A stretch of 64,000 bases of DNA. Origin: Chloroflexota bacterium. Its GTDB lineage: Bacteria; Chloroflexota; Limnocylindria; Limnocylindrales; CSP1-4. The DNA lies in NCBI GenBank assembly GCA_919901745.1, contig CAKKPP010000004.1:121818-185817 (forward strand). The letters are read 5' to 3'. This document shows, in pieces, positions 60,601 to 64,000 of the stretch. The first letter of the stretch is position 1. Each line of letters begins with the position of its first letter. A model generated the notes under the pieces. It saw nothing but the letters and a program-made list of their open reading frames with translations, was not told where the DNA came from and ran no database searches. Made by a program: the position numbers and the translations under genes.

Positions 60601-60685
60601 CGGGGGTCCCGTCGTGCCCGCGGACGCCGGCACCGTGGTGAACCCGGCGCGCGACGGCCCTCAACCCTCCCGCGAGCGGGGATAG
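57605..60685 (+). CDS. Hybrid sensor histidine kinase: PAS/GAF x ~4 - HisKA - HATPase_c - REC
   Basis: H-box HELNNPLAAI. HATPase (RNAVQA; DDGPGV; GTGLGLPVSFGIV). C-terminal receiver ILVLDDEPSIRLLL...D...LLAKPF. ATG 57605 with GAAAGG RBS preferred over 57554. Confidence 0.8.
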   Translation: MIAVLELVARTADDAIAVTDLDARVVIWNAASERLFGIPASLALGRSIFDLSEPFIVGRGDARDPRQTALATGSWRGRRIERARIGPNAGREVIVESALSRIDDSDGSAIGVISIRRDVTASVRLEQELAALGTLATATGVARTREEVADGAIGLLCTATRADYGVIIRHDDGATVVEGSRGSWPELVTIIGEGGPGDAPMAAALRTPGGVLTGTLETLPMRPSSRDVLRRHGVAAMATVGLHHQGVLTGRIALGWKEATAARPSEAALVQAAAHVEHALENITLVERIVNQASSERRQTAQLRALDELTKLGQESQTTEALAGRSARLINSAVGAVGTAYGLIDTVEPGRGRYGTSEFVNLPDALSRHLEGRSSLERLALTRWLSGEGSFVQDCPTQDGLDEAAAAAAAAGFRSLAAIPIRVDGQLAGGIVAFFDTTRDQVTIDQGGLDAIERTVGISLANHRLREHLSASERRYRTLFDESPEALLLETWTGEIVDANAAALRTFRTDRAGLVGRVGSEVTGMEPESLRGAHAAGRSVGSATIRSTGTAIDGRSFPIELEIAPVEIDGASRLLVLVRDLSIQAELQAELIQAQKMDAIGQLVSGVAHELNNPLAAIIAFSQLIRRDPNLPDDLRRDADALNQEADRTRRIVQNLLDFARQRPPERHPTRLDALVRTVLELQAYMLSTNRIEVTLDIPASLPSVPIDRSQLQQVLLNLTRNAVQAVASAADHGRIAFSAREFDAGPPTATRRMIRLAVTDDGPGVKVEHRDRLFLPFFTTKPPGEGTGLGLPVSFGIVAAHNGHLRFEPGPGGRGATFVIELPVDADAAGPGPVRVKGSARSEETPQAGVDPPAEIGTEAVVTSLMSSARAAAPAATILVLDDEPSIRLLLSRILRSAGHRPLMAADGPEALALVRRGDVQAVLCDHRMAGMSGIDVFEAVVALRPDLATRFVFMSGDVLNAELREFAHDRGIGLLAKPFDVEAAVGAIDNLLRGEPIGGPVVPADAGTVVNPARDGPQPSRERG

Positions 60686-61533
60686 CGGTAAAAGCCCCGG
60701 CCGGTCTTCTGTCCGAGGTGCCCCGCCGCCACCAGCTCCTCCAGGAGTCGCGGGGGTCGGACATGTTCCTGCCCAAGCCCTTCGTGCAGAACGCGCATGA
60801 TCCCGAGGCAGACGTCGAGGCCGATGAAGTCGGCCAGCTCCAGCGGGCCCATGGGATGATTGAGACCGACCCGCGCCCCGATGTCGATGTCCTCGGCGGT
60901 ACCCAGCCCCTCCTCGAGGCCGCGCATGGCCTCCGCCAACAGCGGCATGAGGATCCGATTCACGATGAACCCCGGGCGGTCGGCCGACACGATGACCTGC
61001 TTGCCCATCTCGGCCGACAGGGCCCGCACGGCGGCCTCCGTCGGGTCATCGGTCGCGCTGCCCCGGATGACCTCCACGAGCGGCATCACCGGTACCGGGC
61101 TGAAGAAGTGCATGCCGATGAACTGCGCCCGACGGGCGGATGACAGGCACGCGGCGAGCCCATCGATGGAGATCGAGCTGGTGTTCGAGGCAAAGATCGA
61201 CGGCGGCGGCGCGATGCGGTCGAGCTCGGCCCAGAGCGCCGTCTTGACCGCCATGTCCTCGAACACGGCCTCCACGATCAGGTCCGCGTCGGCCGCATCG
61301 GCCACGGCATCGGTGACCGTGATGCGCTCGAGCAGGGCATCTCGCTGAGGCGCCTCCAGGCGTCCCTTCGTCACGGCGCGCTCAAGGTTCCCGGCGATCC
61401 GCTCGCGGCCCGCGATGGCCCGGTCCAGTTCAGGTTCATAGAGAGCGACGCGGCGCCCAGTTGCCGCCAGCACCTGGCCGATGCCGTGCCCCATCAGCCC
61501 GGCACCGGCGACGAACACCCGCTGGATGGTCAC
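60661..61533 (-). CDS. 3-hydroxyacyl-CoA / 3-hydroxybutyryl-CoA dehydrogenase
   Basis: NAD-binding VFVAGAGLMGHGIG and 3HCDH signature (SNTSSISI; HFFSPVPVMPLVEV). Confidence 0.85.
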   Translation of the reverse strand: MTIQRVFVAGAGLMGHGIGQVLAATGRRVALYEPELDRAIAGRERIAGNLERAVTKGRLEAPQRDALLERITVTDAVADAADADLIVEAVFEDMAVKTALWAELDRIAPPPSIFASNTSSISIDGLAACLSSARRAQFIGMHFFSPVPVMPLVEVIRGSATDDPTEAAVRALSAEMGKQVIVSADRPGFIVNRILMPLLAEAMRGLEEGLGTAEDIDIGARVGLNHPMGPLELADFIGLDVCLGIMRVLHEGLGQEHVRPPRLLEELVAAGHLGQKTGRGFYRYPRSREG

Positions 61534-62543
61534 TTGGGCTGGTCCGTGGTGAGCGCCGCCAGCAGCTGGTCGGCGGCCGCGTAGGGATCGAGGCGGTGGT
61601 CGGCGACGTCGGCCAGGACCGCGTCGCTCGTGGCACGCAGGCCGTCCGATGCCAGCCGTTCGCGCAGGCGTTCGGCGACAACAGCCCAGACCTGCGCCTC
61701 GGCGCGCGCCCGTCGCGCGGCCGGGGCTGCCGCGTCACGGGTGATCGCGCGATGCCGATCGAGCGCGGCGAGCAGTTCCGGTACGCCGGCCCCGGTCGAT
61801 GCCGTGGTCACGAGGACCACGGGCTGCTTGGGTCGCGGCCGATCACCCGCGGCTCGCTTGTCCCCGGCGCGCGGCGCGGCAACGAGCATGGCTCGAAGCT
61901 GCGACGCCGTGCGCAATGCCCCGGGTCGGTCGCCCTTGTTGACGACGACCAGGTCGGCCACCTCCAGCAGCCCCGCCTTGATGGCCTGGACCTCATCCCC
62001 CATCTCCGGGGCCTCGAGGACGACCGTGGTGTCGGCGGCCGCCGCGACCTCGACCTCGCTCTGCCCGGTCCCCACGGTCTCGATGAGGATCAGGTCGAAC
62101 CCGGCGGCATCCATGACGGCGGCCGCGGCGCTGGACGTCGACGCCAGTCCCCCGGCGTGACCGCGGGCCGCCATCGAGCGGATGAAGACGTCGTTGTCCC
62201 CGGCGTGGATCTGCATCCGGACACGGTCACCGAGGAGCGCCCCGCCGGTGATCGGGCTCGAGGGGTCCACGGCGATGACGCCGACCGTCCGGCCGGCCTC
62301 CCGGGCCACCGACGTCAGTGATGCGACGAGCGTGCTCTTGCCCGAGCCGGGCGGTCCGGTGATGCCCACGACGTGGGCGCGGCCGGCCAGCGGATACAGG
62401 CGGCGGAGCGCGGACTCCGCGGTCGGGGTGCGGTTCTCGACGGCGGTCAGGAGCCGGGCCAGGGCTCGGCGGTCACCGGCGAGCGCGGCGTCGACCAGTC
62501 CTTCGGCGCCACCGATCCCGGGGTTGTTGTCCGGGGACCCCAC
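61530..62543 (-). CDS. meaB: Methylmalonyl/isobutyryl-CoA mutase-associated G-protein chaperone (MeaB/ArgK)
   Basis: P-loop GITGPPGSGKST, plus VDPSSP and NKGD motifs. GTG 62543 lies 1 nt after the upstream TAG. ATG 62627 would overlap the upstream gene by 83 nt. Confidence 0.8.
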   Translation of the reverse strand: MGSPDNNPGIGGAEGLVDAALAGDRRALARLLTAVENRTPTAESALRRLYPLAGRAHVVGITGPPGSGKSTLVASLTSVAREAGRTVGVIAVDPSSPITGGALLGDRVRMQIHAGDNDVFIRSMAARGHAGGLASTSSAAAAVMDAAGFDLILIETVGTGQSEVEVAAAADTTVVLEAPEMGDEVQAIKAGLLEVADLVVVNKGDRPGALRTASQLRAMLVAAPRAGDKRAAGDRPRPKQPVVLVTTASTGAGVPELLAALDRHRAITRDAAAPAARRARAEAQVWAVVAERLRERLASDGLRATSDAVLADVADHRLDPYAAADQLLAALTTDQPK

Positions 62544-62544
62544 C

Positions 62545-62949
62545 CTACCCCCGGTGTCGGGCGTTGGCCCGCACGAAATCGGCGACCTCGGCGATCGTCG
62601 TCCCCGGCCCGAACACGGCCGCGACACCGGCCGCCTTGAGGGCGGGGACGTCGTCGTCCGGGATGATCCCGCCCACGGTCACGAGGATGTCGTCGAGTCC
62701 CGCCTCTCCGAGCAGACGGCAGATCTTGGGAACCAGGGTCATGTGGGCCCCCGACAGGATCGACAGCCCGACGACGTCGACGTCTTCCTGGAGGGCCGCG
62801 GTCGCCACCATCTCGGGCGTTTGACGGAGCCCGGTGTAGACGACCTCGAAGCCCTCGTCGCGCAGGCCCCGCGCCAGCACCTTGGCGCCGCGGTCGTGGC
62901 CGTCAAGGCCCGGTTTGGCGATGAGGACCTTGAGGGGGCGATCGGTCAT
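62545..62949 (-). CDS. Cobalamin-binding small subunit of an acyl-CoA mutase (IcmB-like, B12-binding domain only)
   Basis: 134 aa. B12-binding DxHxxG motif ([10 protein letters not shown]) and Rossmann layout ([11 protein letters not shown]). Confidence 0.8.
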   Translation of the reverse strand: MTDRPLKVLIAKPGLDGHDRGAKVLARGLRDEGFEVVYTGLRQTPEMVATAALQEDVDVVGLSILSGAHMTLVPKICRLLGEAGLDDILVTVGGIIPDDDVPALKAAGVAAVFGPGTTIAEVADFVRANARHRG

Positions 62950-62967
62950 GCGGGGATTGTAGGGTCC

Positions 62968-63669
62968 CTACGCTCGCGGGGCGGGTCGTTCGAGGTGGGC
63001 GAAGAACTCGGCCCGGGTCCGGTCTCGGGTCCGGAAGAGGCCAAGGACCGCGCTCGTGGTCATCACGGTCCCCGGCTTGCGAATTCCGCGCATGACCGCG
63101 CACAGGTGGGTGGCCTCGACCACGACGCCCACCCCCTGGGGGTTGAGCCGCTCCATGAGGAACGATGCGATCTGCTGGGTAAGGCGCTCCTGGACCTGGA
63201 GGCGACGCCCGTACATCTCGACGATCCGCGGGATCTTCGAGAGCCCGATGACCCGACCCTTCGGGATGTAGGCGACGGCGGCCGTCCCGAAGAACGGCAG
63301 CAGGTGGTGCTCGCACAACGAGTAGAACGGGATGTCCTTTACGACCACCATCTCCGAGTAGTCGACATCGAAGACCGCGCCGTTCAGGAGGCGATCCGGA
63401 TCGACGTGATAGCCGGCGGTCAGCTCGGCGTACATCCGATGGACGCGATCCGGCGTGCCGACGAGCCCCTGGCGATCGGGGTTCTCACCGATCTCCGTCA
63501 GGATCTCGCGGACGGCGGACTCGACACGGCCGTTCGTCTCGCGATCGCGACCGAGGTGGCCCTCGATCACGTCGCTCGGTCCGATCGAACCAGGGCCGTC
63601 GCCGATCTCGGTCTCGATCTCCTCGACGATCCTTCGCACGTGATCAGGGAGCTGGATCTGGTCGGTCAC
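62968..63669 (-). CDS. folE: GTP cyclohydrolase I
   Basis: [10 protein letters not shown] and [10 protein letters not shown] motifs. Confidence 0.9.
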   Translation of the reverse strand: MTDQIQLPDHVRRIVEEIETEIGDGPGSIGPSDVIEGHLGRDRETNGRVESAVREILTEIGENPDRQGLVGTPDRVHRMYAELTAGYHVDPDRLLNGAVFDVDYSEMVVVKDIPFYSLCEHHLLPFFGTAAVAYIPKGRVIGLSKIPRIVEMYGRRLQVQERLTQQIASFLMERLNPQGVGVVVEATHLCAVMRGIRKPGTVMTTSAVLGLFRTRDRTRAEFFAHLERPAPRA

Positions 63670-63743
63670 TGGACTGGTTCACCCCGCGGCGTGTGCGCAT
63701 TCGGAGCCCGATGGTACGACGAGCTCGTCGGACGCGCCTTCGT

Positions 63744-64000
63744 TCAGCCCGCGCCGGGCAGATGGTCGAACGGTCGCCCCTCGACCCCGCGCAGCCACGC
63801 GCGCGCATTGGCCCCGAGCGTGGGCCGGTGATAGCCGCCCTCCTGGAGGATGACGAGGCGTCGTCCGGTGGCCGCGACCCGGCGCCCGATCTCGTGATAG
63901 ACGGGTGTGCTGAGTGCAAAGTCGCCGATGGGATCCTCGGCGTACGTGTCGAAGCCGAGGGAAACAACGATGACCGAGCCCGGTCGCGCCACGATCGCGT
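63744..64000 (-). CDS. Histone-deacetylase/acetoin-utilisation (HDAC/AcuC) family protein, C-terminal fragment (gene continues past window end)
   Basis: ...VVSLGFDTYAEDPIGDFALS...ILQEGGY matches the HDAC-fold C-terminal region. Open to the window edge. Confidence 0.6.
   Translation of the reverse strand, partial: AIVARPGSVIVVSLGFDTYAEDPIGDFALSTPVYHEIGRRVAATGRRLVILQEGGYHRPTLGANARAWLRGVEGRPFDHLPGAG

Overview
This is a 64 kb, high-GC (about 70% by eye) bacterial chromosomal segment. Coding is dense, with frequent GTG/TTG starts and many 4-nt ATGA/GTGA start-stop overlaps, a style typical of Actinobacteria-like (Terrabacteria) genomes. Almost all long ORFs have an antisense shadow ORF; I called genes by recognisable motifs, ribosome-binding sites and gene coupling. 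I did not detect any CRISPR array, transposase, integrase, rRNA or prophage.

Contents from left to right:
- 1-1232: a GNAT fragment and a membrane protein.
- 1233-2150: a lower-GC, gene-poor stretch about 1 kb long.
- 2152-8030: a consensus-like promoter, a 27-codon sORF and a strong intrinsic terminator, leading into a tightly coupled plus-strand operon. The operon encodes an ABC ATPase, a 72-aa sORF, an ABC-2 permease, a soluble FtsH-like AAA+/M41 protease with no transmembrane segment, RsgA, and a tandem GNAT.
- 8044-25712: a minus-strand carbon-monoxide-dehydrogenase supercluster of about 18 kb.
  - Form II set: coxS-L-M (AYRGAGR motif), followed by a MoCF-binding protein, coxD (MoxR AAA), coxE (VWA), an XdhC-family protein, and a MocA-like cytidylyltransferase fused to a SAM methyltransferase.
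  - Two secreted or lipoprotein genes lie between the two sets.
  - Form I set: coxM-S-L (VAYRCSFR motif), an XdhC/CoxI-family protein carrying a C-terminal YHS/TRASH metal-binding domain, coxG, and an MBL hydrolase.
- 25899-31794: a 1190-aa zinc-ribbon/class III adenylyl cyclase/AAA/TPR signalling protein, a class III aminotransferase, and a MetE-like protein.
- 31906-36077: an OmpR-type two-component pair with a direct-repeat putative operator, a TPR-rhomboid protease, and a divergent SRAP/YedK peptidase.
- 36019-44252: an operon rich in low-complexity repeats (an acidic AEPSESPE/poly-Asp secreted protein, an ECF sigma factor, an S/P-rich putative anti-sigma factor, and a PfkB-like protein with a DG/HG insertion), followed by two tandem M16 peptidases and copC plus a CopD-like membrane protein.
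- 44249-50995: carAB, then an ECF sigma factor coupled to a LuxR-HTH protein beside tRNA-Lys(CTT).
- 51096-64000: a fatty-acid/acyl-CoA block (aldehyde dehydrogenase, thiolase, acyl-CoA dehydrogenase, 3-hydroxyacyl-CoA dehydrogenase, meaB, icmB-like B12 subunit) interrupted by a secreted PKD/metallophosphoesterase and a large hybrid PAS/GAF histidine kinase with a receiver domain, ending with folE and an HDAC-like fragment.

The best candidates for something undescribed are (i) the leader-sORF/ABC-2/soluble FtsH-like/RsgA/GNAT operon and (ii) the cox supercluster with its YHS-fused XdhC and MocA-methyltransferase fusion.
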